From positions 16,996 to 80,995 of the forward strand of contig JBEKSG010000002.1 in assembly GCA_049997855.1 (NCBI GenBank): a stretch of DNA of 64,000 nt, read 5' to 3'. Of the stretch, positions 48,976-59,270 are shown piece by piece. The notes beneath the pieces were generated by a model, which saw only the letters and a list, made by a program, of their open reading frames with translations, searched no databases and had not been told where the DNA came from. The position numbers were made by a program, and so were the translations under genes. The stretch's first letter is position 1. Each line of letters starts with the position of its first letter. This DNA comes from Minisyncoccia bacterium. GTDB lineage: Bacteria; Patescibacteriota; Minisyncoccia; Phycocordibacterales; SBAW01.

Positions 48976-50102
48976 AGCGCATTTTAATTTTCTCTCTCGC
49001 CTATTATCCGCATGTGGGCGGGGCCGAAGTTGCGATAAAGGAGATAACCGACCGAATCACTGGCATCGAGTTTCATATAGTGACGATGCGGTTTACTGTT
49101 CGCGATGTCAAAGAGGAGAAGATAGGCAATGTAGTGGTGCACCGCGTCGGCAACGGAGCGGGCTATGTTTCAAAAATATTGTTTGTACCGCGTGCTGCGC
49201 GCATGGCGTTGACGCTTAACAAAACCGAGCCGTTTGACGCGTGGTGGGCGATGATGAGCTATATGACGCTCCCCATTGTGTTGCTTCGGTCGATAGGGCT
49301 GCGATTGCCATATGCATTAACACTGCAAGAGGGGGATACATCGGCTCATATGTTTGGACGATTGCACATACTGCCATTTTTACCGTTTATCAACTATGGC
49401 TTTAGACACGCAAGCGTCGTACAGGCTATCTCCGTTTTTTTGGGAGAATGGGCGATTGAAAGGAAGTATACGGGACCGCTTGAAATTATTCCAAACGGCG
49501 TTGACGGTAAAAAATTTGTCGGAGAAAAAATACCGCATGAAGGTATTGTGCTCATTACCACGTCGCGTCTGGTGCATAAAAATGCAATTGATGATGTCAT
49601 TAAAGCGCTCGCTTTTTTGCCTGCACAGGTTCGATTTGTCATACTCGGCATTGGTCCAGACGAATCTGGGCTCAAGGCGTTGGCAAAAAAAATGGGAGTA
49701 GAGAATCGTATCGAATTTGTCGGGCACGTTGATCACAAAGATATACCGGAATATCTCCATAAGGCAGATATGTTTATCCGCCCGAGCCGCTCGGAGGGCA
49801 TGGGCAACTCTTTTATTGAGGCCATGGCCGCGGGGCTGCCTGTCATTGCCACGCAAGAGGGCGGCATTGCCGATTTCTTGTTTGATGCAAAGCGCAATCC
49901 CGGACTACAACCGACCGGTTTTGCGGTCGACAAAGATTCGTCCGAGCAGATAGCGGCGGCGGTACAGGAAATTTTGCAACATCCCGAGCAAACTAAAAAA
50001 ATAGTAGATACCGCACGTACCATGGTATTTGAAAAATATGATTGGGATGTCATTGCTAACGATATGCGGCAAAAAGTTTTTGGACGCATACTAACCGTAT
50101 GA
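48972..50102 (+). CDS. glycosyltransferase, family GT4
   Basis: RPSRSEGMGNSFIEAMAAGLPVIAT motif; ATGA overlap with the upstream gene. Confidence 0.8.
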   Translation: MKRILIFSLAYYPHVGGAEVAIKEITDRITGIEFHIVTMRFTVRDVKEEKIGNVVVHRVGNGAGYVSKILFVPRAARMALTLNKTEPFDAWWAMMSYMTLPIVLLRSIGLRLPYALTLQEGDTSAHMFGRLHILPFLPFINYGFRHASVVQAISVFLGEWAIERKYTGPLEIIPNGVDGKKFVGEKIPHEGIVLITTSRLVHKNAIDDVIKALAFLPAQVRFVILGIGPDESGLKALAKKMGVENRIEFVGHVDHKDIPEYLHKADMFIRPSRSEGMGNSFIEAMAAGLPVIATQEGGIADFLFDAKRNPGLQPTGFAVDKDSSEQIAAAVQEILQHPEQTKKIVDTARTMVFEKYDWDVIANDMRQKVFGRILTV

Positions 50103-51112
50103 AAATAGTTATTGCACTCGGTAATACGGCAGACACCGGTGGTCCAACCAAATATGCGCAAAATTTGGAGCGCGAATTTATAGCGCGCGGCCACACCGTG
50201 CGTTTTGTGAGCTATGCACCGTGGATGTGGCGCCTCCCAAGCGGAGCGCGGCATCTCTGCTATATGGCGCGGCTTCTGCCAGCCGCAGCTACAAGTGATT
50301 TTGTGTTTGCTTTTGACACGATGACTGTCGGCGCTCCTGCAGTGCTTGTCTGCACGTCCACCCGCACGCCGCTCATCATCCGCATTGGCGGCGACTTTGT
50401 GTGGGAGCAATATGTGGAGCGTACGGGCGATTTGGTAAAGCTCTCAAATTTTTATCGCGATACAGTCGATAAACTTTCAACCAAAGAGCGGCTAGAAATT
50501 TGGCTCACGGGCGTCGTAGTGCGGCATGCGGCAATGCTTTTGTTTAACTCGCAAAAGCAGCGCTCCATGTGGCAGCCGGTGTATCGTTTTAATTTCAATA
50601 AATCAAGTGTGCTCGAAAACCTCTACCCGCCGCGCAAGCAAGGGTTCCCGCCCGAGCAGCGCGTGTTTGTCTCCGCAGGGCGGCCCATCAAACTTAAAAA
50701 TGAGCCGCTGCTGCGCCGCGTGTTTGCCCGACTGCAAAAGCGCTACCTCGATATTGTTTTAGACACCGAGTCTTTGCCCGCCAAAGAGCATGCTGAGCGT
50801 GTTGCGCATTGCTACGCGGTTATTGTTGCTTCTATTAGCGAGGTAACCTCAAACGCCATTATCGATGCGGTTGCGTACGGCAAACCTTTTATCTGCACCA
50901 GCGACACAGGCCTCGTTGAGCGGCTTTTGGGTACCGGATATTTTATTGATACCCAACATGAGCAAGAACTGGAGCATGCTATAGAGCAGTTACTTAACAA
51001 AGAGGAGTATGAGCGCGTTGCGGCGCGCGTGCGGGCATTTGCATTTGTTCGCACCTGGGACGATATTGCAAACGATGTGCTCGCTATTGCACAAAATATA
51101 TGCGCGTTGTAA
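50099..51112 (+). CDS. glycosyltransferase (GT-B fold, GT4-like)
   Basis: C-terminal SNAIIDAVAYGKPFICTSDTG; operon context. Confidence 0.6.
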   Translation: MKIVIALGNTADTGGPTKYAQNLEREFIARGHTVRFVSYAPWMWRLPSGARHLCYMARLLPAAATSDFVFAFDTMTVGAPAVLVCTSTRTPLIIRIGGDFVWEQYVERTGDLVKLSNFYRDTVDKLSTKERLEIWLTGVVVRHAAMLLFNSQKQRSMWQPVYRFNFNKSSVLENLYPPRKQGFPPEQRVFVSAGRPIKLKNEPLLRRVFARLQKRYLDIVLDTESLPAKEHAERVAHCYAVIVASISEVTSNAIIDAVAYGKPFICTSDTGLVERLLGTGYFIDTQHEQELEHAIEQLLNKEEYERVAARVRAFAFVRTWDDIANDVLAIAQNICAL

Positions 51113-52155
51113 CCATCAGCACCGATAAAAAAATACTTGAGCCGGAGAGCACGGTTGCAGCCCGCATGGTTCTGCATGCCGCTCTGTGGGAGTACTCAAC
51201 TATTATCGTGTGTACCACCGGCCATTTTGCGCCGGTACAGCTTGCACCAAACGTGCGCGTGCTCCCCACCAATTCGGCAAGCAAGCTGCTGTATGGATTA
51301 CATATAGTGAGGTTGGGGCTCCACTGCGGCCGCGATGCATCGGTTATAACCGCTCAAGACCCGTTTGAGGTTGGGCTCGCGGGCGTGCTGTTGGCCTCTT
51401 TTTTGCGCAAGCCATTGCAAGTGCAGGTGCATACCGACTTTCTCTCCCCGCATTTTTACAAGCATTCTTTGGTAAACCGAGTGCGCGTATGGATTGCGCG
51501 GCTGGTGCTGCCGCGCGCATCGCGCGCGCGCGTCGTCTCTTTGCGCATACAACGCTCGCTTGCGGCGCACTACAAAACCCTGCCGCCCATAGATGTGCTG
51601 CCGGTGTTTGTCGATATCGAGCATGTGCAAAGCACCAAGCCGAGCGATGCGCTGCACGAGCGTTTTGTCCGCTTTGCAAAAAAAGTACTGATAGTGGCGC
51701 GCCTAGAACCCGAGAAAAATGTGATGCTCGCCATAGACGCGTTTGCAAAGGCCGCACCTACAGATACGTGCTTGATAGTGGTAGGCGATGGCAGCGAGCG
51801 GGAGATGCTGCAAAAACGTTCACAAGAAAAGGGAATTACTGACAGAGTATTTTTTGAAGGCTGGCAGGATCCGGCGCCGTACTATCATTTAGCCGACCTG
51901 CTTTTGGTGCCCTCCGTATACGAGGGATACGGCATGGTCATTACAGAGGCGCACGCGGCAGGTTTGGCTGTACTGGCAACCGATGTCGGCATCGCGCGCG
52001 AGTCGGGCGCCATGATTGCCGAGCCGGATACTTTTGCCGAAGCGCTAAAAAGCTGGTTTGCCGGCAACCTAAAAGAGGGCGAAGTGCAGCACTATCCGTA
52101 TCCAACAAAAAAAGAGTACATGCGAGCCTACACGGAATGCCTAAGAAACCTTTAG
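51100..52155 (+). CDS. glycosyltransferase, family GT4
   Basis: ARLEPEKN .. EGYGMVITEAHAAGLAVLATDVG. Confidence 0.75.
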   Translation: MRVVTISTDKKILEPESTVAARMVLHAALWEYSTIIVCTTGHFAPVQLAPNVRVLPTNSASKLLYGLHIVRLGLHCGRDASVITAQDPFEVGLAGVLLASFLRKPLQVQVHTDFLSPHFYKHSLVNRVRVWIARLVLPRASRARVVSLRIQRSLAAHYKTLPPIDVLPVFVDIEHVQSTKPSDALHERFVRFAKKVLIVARLEPEKNVMLAIDAFAKAAPTDTCLIVVGDGSEREMLQKRSQEKGITDRVFFEGWQDPAPYYHLADLLLVPSVYEGYGMVITEAHAAGLAVLATDVGIARESGAMIAEPDTFAEALKSWFAGNLKEGEVQHYPYPTKKEYMRAYTECLRNL

Positions 52156-52259
52156 CTGCAAGGCGGGTTGTAAAAGTTATCTCATTGCAGGGCAGGAGTT
52201 TTTCGACTACAGTGCTTGGTATTTATTAACAGGGTTACCGAAGGGTTACCGACTCATCA

Positions 52260-53138
52260 ATGAAAATTTTAGTAACGGGAGGCAAAGGCGCTATAGGAAA
52301 AAAGTTGATGACTAAGCTCGCCGAACTTGGGCATGAGGCTGTGTCCTATGACATCCTCGACGGGCAAGACCTCTTTGACGTGCCTGCGCTCGAGCAAGCA
52401 ATACAAAAAGTTGATGCCGTGTACCACTTGGCCGCCGAGGCAAACCTCAACTACATGCGCGACATCGAGGGCGCGCATCGCGGCACGGTGCTCAATCTCG
52501 GCACGACCGACAACGTCGCATATCTGTGCGCCAAATATAAAAAGTGGATGCTCTACATGTCGACCATGTGCGTGTATGGCGACGTAGAGGTGCATCCCGA
52601 GCGCGAAGATGTCACCCTGCCAAACCCGTCGGAAATTTACGCGGCATCAAAATACGCAGGCGAGTGGATAGTGCGCGGCTACGGCAAGAGCCTCGACTTG
52701 CCGTACACTATTTTGCGCATCGCCACTCCATACGGCCCCGGCACGCGCATGGCAATGGCGGTGCATGTATTTTTTAAACAAGCGCTTAAAGGCGAACCCA
52801 TTACCGTGCATGGCACAGGTAAACAAACACGTACCATGACGTATTTGGAGGATGTGATAGAAGGGTGTGTTGCGCCGCTCCAACATAAAGACGTTGCGTT
52901 AAGTCAAATTTTTAATATTTCTACTACCGAAAGCACCAGCGCACTCTCGATGGCGACCCAGATAAAAGAGCTGACCGGCACAAAGTCGGAGATCGTATTT
53001 ATCCCGCAGCGTCCGCACGACACCCAGAGCGAAGAGGTCGACGTTTCCAAAGCAAAGCGCCTGCTCGACTGGGAAGCAAAAACATCGTTTGCCGAGGGGC
53101 TCAAAAAAACGCTGCCGTGGATAAAGAGCCAGCTCTAG
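52260..53138 (+). CDS. NAD-dependent epimerase/dehydratase (SDR family)
   Basis: VTGGKGAIG; YAASKYAGE. Confidence 0.8.
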   Translation: MKILVTGGKGAIGKKLMTKLAELGHEAVSYDILDGQDLFDVPALEQAIQKVDAVYHLAAEANLNYMRDIEGAHRGTVLNLGTTDNVAYLCAKYKKWMLYMSTMCVYGDVEVHPEREDVTLPNPSEIYAASKYAGEWIVRGYGKSLDLPYTILRIATPYGPGTRMAMAVHVFFKQALKGEPITVHGTGKQTRTMTYLEDVIEGCVAPLQHKDVALSQIFNISTTESTSALSMATQIKELTGTKSEIVFIPQRPHDTQSEEVDVSKAKRLLDWEAKTSFAEGLKKTLPWIKSQL

Positions 53139-53170
53139 CGCGTTGATGGTATTATTCAGCAACACCTCGT

Positions 53171-54031
53171 ATGCAGATTGGCTTTATAGGGCAGGGATAT
53201 ATCGGCAAAAATTATGCCGACGATTTTGAGCAGCGCGGGTACACTGTTGTGCGCTATTCGCTTGAGCCGCAGTATGCGGGCAACCGCGAAGCTATCGCCG
53301 CGTGTGATATTGTTTTTATCGCGGTGCCGACACCCACCATTCCCGGTAAAGGCGGCGACGATAACCTGGTACGGCGCGTGCTCTTGCTCATAGGAGAGGG
53401 CAAGATAGTGGTCATTAAATCAACTGTGCTTCCCGGGACAACCGAGTCTATACAAGCGGAATATCCCACTAAAACGGTACTTCACTCGCCCGAGTTTTTA
53501 GTCGAGTCTACGGCCGCTTATGACGCCGCACATCCCACCCGCACCATTGTCGGTATGCCGCACGATACGCCGGCGCATCGCGATGCCGCAAAGCTGCTCG
53601 TTAGCATACTCCCCAAGGCGCCTTTTGAGCTTGTGTGCTCGTCTCGCGAGTCGGAGCTTATAAAATATACAAGCAACTGCTACTTGTTTACCAAAGTGGT
53701 ATTTGCCAACGTTTTTTATGATATTGCCCAAGGCTTTGGCGCCGATTGGGAAAAGGTGATGGCCGGCGTCGGCGCCGACCCGCGCATCGGTCCCTCGCAC
53801 TTAAAGGTGGCAGACGCCAGCAAACATCCAGGCGCAACGATAGGGCGTGGCGCGGGAGGGCACTGCCTCCCCAAAGATTTTGCCGCGTTGCGGGCAGCCT
53901 ATGAACATCTCACCTCCGCAAACCAGAGCAATGTTGCGTTATTGCGCACATTGGAGCAAAAAAATATAGAATTGCTTAAAACAAGCGGCAAGGATCTCGA
54001 CCTTCTCGCACAGATATACGGGAGTTTTTAA
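53171..54031 (+). CDS. UDP-glucose/GDP-mannose dehydrogenase family protein (short, 286 aa; C-terminal domain absent)
   Basis: N-terminal GQGYIG Rossmann motif; catalytic GGHCLPKD motif. Confidence 0.65.
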   Translation: MQIGFIGQGYIGKNYADDFEQRGYTVVRYSLEPQYAGNREAIAACDIVFIAVPTPTIPGKGGDDNLVRRVLLLIGEGKIVVIKSTVLPGTTESIQAEYPTKTVLHSPEFLVESTAAYDAAHPTRTIVGMPHDTPAHRDAAKLLVSILPKAPFELVCSSRESELIKYTSNCYLFTKVVFANVFYDIAQGFGADWEKVMAGVGADPRIGPSHLKVADASKHPGATIGRGAGGHCLPKDFAALRAAYEHLTSANQSNVALLRTLEQKNIELLKTSGKDLDLLAQIYGSF

Positions 54032-54042
54032 TTTTAACGCGT

Positions 54043-55101
54043 ATGCGCCTTTTAATCCTTACACAAATCGTCGATCGCCACGACTCTAACCTCGGCTTTT
54101 TTCATACATGGATAGAGGAATTTGCAAAACATTGCGAGAAGGTCACCGTTATCTGTTTGCAAGAAGGCGAGCACGCGCTTCCTTCCAACGTACAAGTATG
54201 TTCACTCGGTAAACCCTACTCCGCCAAGGCTTCGAAGGGCGCAGGAAAAAAGTTTTTATATGTGTTTCGTTTTTTAAAGTACATATATAAGTATAAAGAT
54301 GAATATGACGCGGTTTTTGTCCATATGAACCCGGAGTACCTGGTACTCGGCGGCTGGTTGTGGCGCCGATGGAAAAAGCCCACGGGTCTATGGTATGCGC
54401 ATCGCAGTGACACGTACAAGCTCCGCATGGCACTCGCGCAGGCAGACCACGTGTTTACCGTCTCCCAAAATAGTTTTGCTATTGCCACTCCTAAACTCCA
54501 CGCAATAGGGCACGGTATTGATACCGAGCTTTTTAAACCCGCCATGCGCCACGAGAGCACGCAGCTGCGCATTGTAACTGCCGGGCGCATAGCGCCGAGC
54601 AAACATATAATGGAAATGTTCGAGGCGCTTCAGGAGCTTCATGTTCGGCATGAGCCTTTTACTTTTACCGTCGTTGGCAGTCCTATTACTGATGCAGAAA
54701 AGAAATATGCAAAAACATTACACGAGTGGCTTACACGCGTGCCGTGGCAAGAGCAGGTGCTGTTTGCAGGGCCGATACCTCATGCAGAGTTGTCGGAGCT
54801 GCTTAACAGCCAAGATATTTTTTTTAACTTTAGTACTACCGGTAACATGGACAAGGCCGGCCTCGAAGCGCTTGCATGCGGCATACCGCTTCTATCCACT
54901 AACCCCGCGTTTCTGCCGCTTCTCAAGCCTTATGGGCTGTATGTATCGAGCATGCACCCTAAAGAAGTGGCCGACGCTTTGCTGAACTTTATGCAACGGC
55001 CCAACCGGCCCGCTGTGTTAGCGACCTTGCGCAATAAAGTGGTGGCCGAACATTCGCTTTCAAATCTTATCCCGCGTATTCTTAGCGTACTAACATCATG
55101 A
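54043..55101 (+). CDS. glycosyltransferase (GT-B fold, GT4-like)
   Basis: C-terminal FNFSTTGNMDKAGLEALACGIPLLST. Confidence 0.6.
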   Translation: MRLLILTQIVDRHDSNLGFFHTWIEEFAKHCEKVTVICLQEGEHALPSNVQVCSLGKPYSAKASKGAGKKFLYVFRFLKYIYKYKDEYDAVFVHMNPEYLVLGGWLWRRWKKPTGLWYAHRSDTYKLRMALAQADHVFTVSQNSFAIATPKLHAIGHGIDTELFKPAMRHESTQLRIVTAGRIAPSKHIMEMFEALQELHVRHEPFTFTVVGSPITDAEKKYAKTLHEWLTRVPWQEQVLFAGPIPHAELSELLNSQDIFFNFSTTGNMDKAGLEALACGIPLLSTNPAFLPLLKPYGLYVSSMHPKEVADALLNFMQRPNRPAVLATLRNKVVAEHSLSNLIPRILSVLTS

Positions 55102-55721
55102 CCTACTCTCCTCAAGTGGACGTTGCCCATTACACTACGGGCTCTTACCGCGGCAAAGACCGCTGGCTTTCATATTGGTACCAGCTTAATCTTGTGCGCG
55201 CCGCAGCGCCTCGTAGCGTAGTTGAGATAGGTCCCGGCGAGGGCGTGGTAACGCAGGCTTTGCGCCGCGATGGCATTATGGTAACCACTTGCGATATCGC
55301 TGTCGACCTTTACCCAGACGTGGTTGGCTCGATAACCGCGTTGCCGCTTCCTGATAAATCTTTTGACCTCGTGCTGGCGGCGGAGGTGCTTGAGCATATC
55401 CGATATGAGGATCTGCCGGCGGCTCTTGCCGAGATTAAGCGCGTCGCGCGGGTAGGTGCGGTTATCGCGCTGCCGCATGCCGGCTACACCTTTGCGTGTG
55501 AGTGGAAGCTGCCGCTTCTGCCGCGCATGGAAGTGCTTTTTAAGATTCCGTTTTTTTGGAAGACGCACGCATTTAACGGCCAGCACTATTGGGAGCTGGG
55601 CAAGCGTGGATTTTCGATACGGCGGTTTATCCGCACCGCACACGATGCCGGTTTGCATGTGGAAAGGCGAGAGAAACACGCCGATGACCACGCACATCGC
55701 TTCTTTTTATTTTCAATCTAA
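55098..55721 (+). CDS. class I SAM-dependent methyltransferase
   Basis: motif I VVEIGPGEG; acidic motif II. Confidence 0.7.
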   Translation: MTYSPQVDVAHYTTGSYRGKDRWLSYWYQLNLVRAAAPRSVVEIGPGEGVVTQALRRDGIMVTTCDIAVDLYPDVVGSITALPLPDKSFDLVLAAEVLEHIRYEDLPAALAEIKRVARVGAVIALPHAGYTFACEWKLPLLPRMEVLFKIPFFWKTHAFNGQHYWELGKRGFSIRRFIRTAHDAGLHVERREKHADDHAHRFFLFSI

Positions 55722-55723
55722 GT

Positions 55724-56815
55724 ATGCCACTCACGCCTATCATTTTTTTTGTCGATCCTGCATGGCGCCGGGAGAGTCTACGCCACATTCCTCTTTTATA
55801 TCCTTTTTGGGGCAACTCGCTTACCGAGCAAACGCCATTTCAACGCACGTTATTTGAGCGGTACTCATTTGATACACGCTACTATCGCATTACCGGCGTG
55901 GCCGAGGAGGCCGATGCAGTGCTTATGCCATACAGCCACAATGTCGCTCTACAGTATGCGCCGGATATCCTTGAGGCATGTATTAAAGCCTCAAAGCAAT
56001 TAAACAAGCCGCTTTTTATCGATGGTATGGGCGACATTGAGCATCCAATAGCGATACCGCATGCATACGTGCTCCGATATGGCGGTTACCGTTTTTTGCG
56101 CAAAGGCAATGAGATTATAGTGCCGCCCTATACCGACGACCTGCTCGAGGCGTATTGCGGCGGCGCTCTTCAGGTGCGCCGCAAGAGCGCAAAGCCGATA
56201 GTCGGATTTGTAGGATGGGCGGAGGTCTCTTTGCTACAAAAGTTCAAAACAATAGTAAAAGAATTTCCCAACCGCTTGCGCACACTCGTAGACAGCCGCT
56301 ACGGCGCGTGTAAAAAAGGCGTCTTTTTTCGCATGCAGGCTATCGGCTTACTCAAGCGCTCCCCGCTTGTTGCAAGCAACTTTCTTCTCCGCCCATCGTA
56401 CTCCGGCCACCTCAACACCGCGGCAGACGCGCAAGAAACGCTACGCAGAGAGTTTGTCGACACGTTGCTCGCGAGCGACTACTGCCTCGATGTGCGCGGC
56501 GATGCCAATAACTCCATGCGTCTGTTTGAGATACTCTCGCTTGGCCGCATACCGGTTATCGTTGATACTGAACGCAACTTTCCTTTTAGCGAGCATCTTA
56601 AGTATCAGGAGTTTTCGCTCATGGTCGATTTTCGCGATATTAAAAAGTTGCCCGAGCATATAGCCGAGTTCCACCGCAACCTTACCGAGGAGCAATTTGA
56701 GAATATGCAAAAAAAAGCGCGCGCGGTGTATCTGCAATACTTCCGCATCGATGCGCTTATGCCGTACATAGCAAAAGAAATCTCAGAGCGTATGGATGCC
56801 TTCATTCCTATATGA
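55724..56815 (+). CDS. exostosin-like (GT47-type) glycosyltransferase, tentative
   Basis: C-terminal MRLFEILSLGRIPVIVDTERNFPFSEHLKYQEFSLMVDFRDIKKL resembles the exostosin C-terminal pattern. Confidence 0.4.
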   Translation: MPLTPIIFFVDPAWRRESLRHIPLLYPFWGNSLTEQTPFQRTLFERYSFDTRYYRITGVAEEADAVLMPYSHNVALQYAPDILEACIKASKQLNKPLFIDGMGDIEHPIAIPHAYVLRYGGYRFLRKGNEIIVPPYTDDLLEAYCGGALQVRRKSAKPIVGFVGWAEVSLLQKFKTIVKEFPNRLRTLVDSRYGACKKGVFFRMQAIGLLKRSPLVASNFLLRPSYSGHLNTAADAQETLRREFVDTLLASDYCLDVRGDANNSMRLFEILSLGRIPVIVDTERNFPFSEHLKYQEFSLMVDFRDIKKLPEHIAEFHRNLTEEQFENMQKKARAVYLQYFRIDALMPYIAKEISERMDAFIPI

Positions 56816-56864
56816 ACTTCTTCTTTTTGGCGAGAGCTTGAAATTCACGTAGGAACAGAGTAAG

Positions 56865-59270
56865 ATGCCTGCAATCATGCCTACCGTCACTCCCCTCCGG
56901 CGTGTCTGCTTCTTTCTTACGATTTATAACGAGGAGTATGCCCTTCCGGGACTCCTGCAAAGTCTCTCGAATGTTTCTCTCCCTTCTGGCACCGCATATT
57001 CAATATATGCGGTCGATGATGCCAGTACCGACACAACGCCGGCAATACTTGAGCGCGCCAAAACAGCATATCCTATTACGGTATTGCGCTATGAAATCAA
57101 TCGCGGCGTGCCTGCCACTATCAAAGATGCGTTTGCTTATTTTGCGCGAGAGCTGACGGATGATGATGTGGTGATATTTATGGAGGCTGACGGCACTTCA
57201 GATGTCTCACTTATTCCCCGTATGCTAGAGAAAATTGACGAGGGCAATGATATGGTCATTGCTTCGCGATATACAAAAGGCGCAATATCGCTTGGTTTTC
57301 CTTGGTATAGGCTTCTCGGCTCAGCATTGGTAAACTATTTTTTGCGCCTAGTATGGAACGTTAAAGGTGTTACCGATTATAGCATCTTCTATCGCGCTTA
57401 TCGGGCGAGCCTCATAAAAAAATGTTTTGGACATGGTTATGTGCCGTTGCGCGCCAAAAAATCATTTGCGGTCATTGCGGAGTCTCTCCTTTTTTTTGAT
57501 GTATATCATCCGCGCATTGCGGAAGTACCCCTGCGATACGATTATCGGATCAAGAAAAAGCCCTCAAGGATGAAATTACTCCCCACGCTCTTCGAATATA
57601 TGCGTATTACTATACGCACGCCACTGCATCGCCAACCGATTTTTTGGATAGCCGTGGGTGCTTTTGTGCTGCGCGTATGGGGGATGATGTATGGGTTTCC
57701 CGATTTGCTGGTTCAAGACGAGCCGGCACTGACGCGCGGAGCGCTCCTTATGCTCAAACTCCACACGCTTATACCGGCGCTTCATCCTGTTGACTTTGCT
57801 CCTATATATTACCCGCCGTTTACCTCGTACCTGTACTTACTCGTTTTGATACCTGTTGTCGGGACACAGTATTTGTTCTCCCATCTTTCTCTTTCGGCAT
57901 TTGCCGCGCATCTTGTCCTTGACCCAACGGTGCCGTGGGCGGCAACACGCGTGGTCTCCGCGCTTTTTGGAGCGCTTACTGTGTATGTACTCGGGCGGCT
58001 GGGGGAGCGATTATACCACCAGAGCGGCATCTACGCGGCACTGTTTGCCGCGACGAGTTTCTTGTTTTTGACTTTTTCGCATGTCGCACGCCACTGGTCG
58101 CTGTCTGTCCTCTTGTTTTGTGGCATGCTCTTTGCGGCATATTACATATATTATAAGGGCACCTTGCGGTGGTATATCCTTGCGGGGGTGTTTGCCGGTC
58201 TTGCATTTGGCACGGGGGTCGTCTCGTCGGCGTTTTTTATCGTACCTATTTTCGCACACCTTGCTCGCGGAGAATCTTGGCGAGCAAAACTGCTCAACCG
58301 GTCATTTTTGGCCATGGGCTTGATAGCGCTCGTGCTCGCCTCTGTTTTTATGCTGCTTGATCCTCATACGACCGTTACTCACCTCATAGGAAACGCCGAT
58401 CAGGATAATACTTACCGCGAAACAAAAACACTCCTAGGGGCTATCACCATACTAGTGGTAGCAGTGCGCGACCTGGGACAAACCGAAACCGTGTTGTTTT
58501 TGTGCGCGCTTATTGGCGTTCCGCTCTTGCTTCGGCGGCATCGCGTCTTCGGCAGCATCCTTTGCCTCTGTATGATCCTTCTCACGCTTCTTTTCTATAT
58601 GGGGTATTACTACCTGCTCCACTATTTATTGTTTGTCTTGCCAATACTCATATTATTTGCCGGCGTTGGAGCGCACGAGCTCATTAATTTTGCAAAAACA
58701 AGAACGGCGCAGATATGTATCGCGATACTCATATTTCTGCTTCCTACGCTGATAGCGTTGCGCTTTAGTTATTTGTGGACGCAAACCGATACGCGCCAAC
58801 AAGCCCGACAATATATCGAGGCGCACATTCCCGCAGACGCAAGAATTGTTTCCTATGTTCCGGATATGAAAGTTGTCTGGCCTACAGCTTCTTCGGTTCA
58901 AGAGCGCCTTGTGTTTGACCCAGCTTCTTCACGGTTGGTGGATACCACGCTCCTCGCTCTCCCCCAAGGCGAGTATCCGCAGCCGACATTCTCCGTGTTT
59001 GAGTTGGGGACGATATCCGATGATATGAGATCAAAGGTGGTCCCACAGTGGCTTCTTGGCGAGCATTTTGAGTACGCGGTTATAGATCGCTCAGCTGAAC
59101 CCCTTCCGGCGCTCGATGCTCTCGCCGCGCAGGGCGAGATAGTGGCGCGCTTTCCGCGGCAAGGCGAGAGCATCAATATCATAGGTACTGACTTTGAAGA
59201 TACATCGCTCGATGTGTTTAAAATCAACCAAATGGGTCCGGAAGTTGATATAATCAAACTTCCGCAATGA
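56865..59270 (+). CDS. fused GT2 polyprenyl-phosphate glycosyltransferase (GtrB/DPM1-like) and multi-TM GT-C glycosyltransferase (ArnT/PMT-like)
   Basis: N-terminal 250 aa with VDDASTD .. MEADGTSD .. SRYTKG GT2 motifs; C-terminal about 550 aa with 12 or more TM helices. Confidence 0.7.
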   Translation: MPAIMPTVTPLRRVCFFLTIYNEEYALPGLLQSLSNVSLPSGTAYSIYAVDDASTDTTPAILERAKTAYPITVLRYEINRGVPATIKDAFAYFARELTDDDVVIFMEADGTSDVSLIPRMLEKIDEGNDMVIASRYTKGAISLGFPWYRLLGSALVNYFLRLVWNVKGVTDYSIFYRAYRASLIKKCFGHGYVPLRAKKSFAVIAESLLFFDVYHPRIAEVPLRYDYRIKKKPSRMKLLPTLFEYMRITIRTPLHRQPIFWIAVGAFVLRVWGMMYGFPDLLVQDEPALTRGALLMLKLHTLIPALHPVDFAPIYYPPFTSYLYLLVLIPVVGTQYLFSHLSLSAFAAHLVLDPTVPWAATRVVSALFGALTVYVLGRLGERLYHQSGIYAALFAATSFLFLTFSHVARHWSLSVLLFCGMLFAAYYIYYKGTLRWYILAGVFAGLAFGTGVVSSAFFIVPIFAHLARGESWRAKLLNRSFLAMGLIALVLASVFMLLDPHTTVTHLIGNADQDNTYRETKTLLGAITILVVAVRDLGQTETVLFLCALIGVPLLLRRHRVFGSILCLCMILLTLLFYMGYYYLLHYLLFVLPILILFAGVGAHELINFAKTRTAQICIAILIFLLPTLIALRFSYLWTQTDTRQQARQYIEAHIPADARIVSYVPDMKVVWPTASSVQERLVFDPASSRLVDTTLLALPQGEYPQPTFSVFELGTISDDMRSKVVPQWLLGEHFEYAVIDRSAEPLPALDALAAQGEIVARFPRQGESINIIGTDFEDTSLDVFKINQMGPEVDIIKLPQ

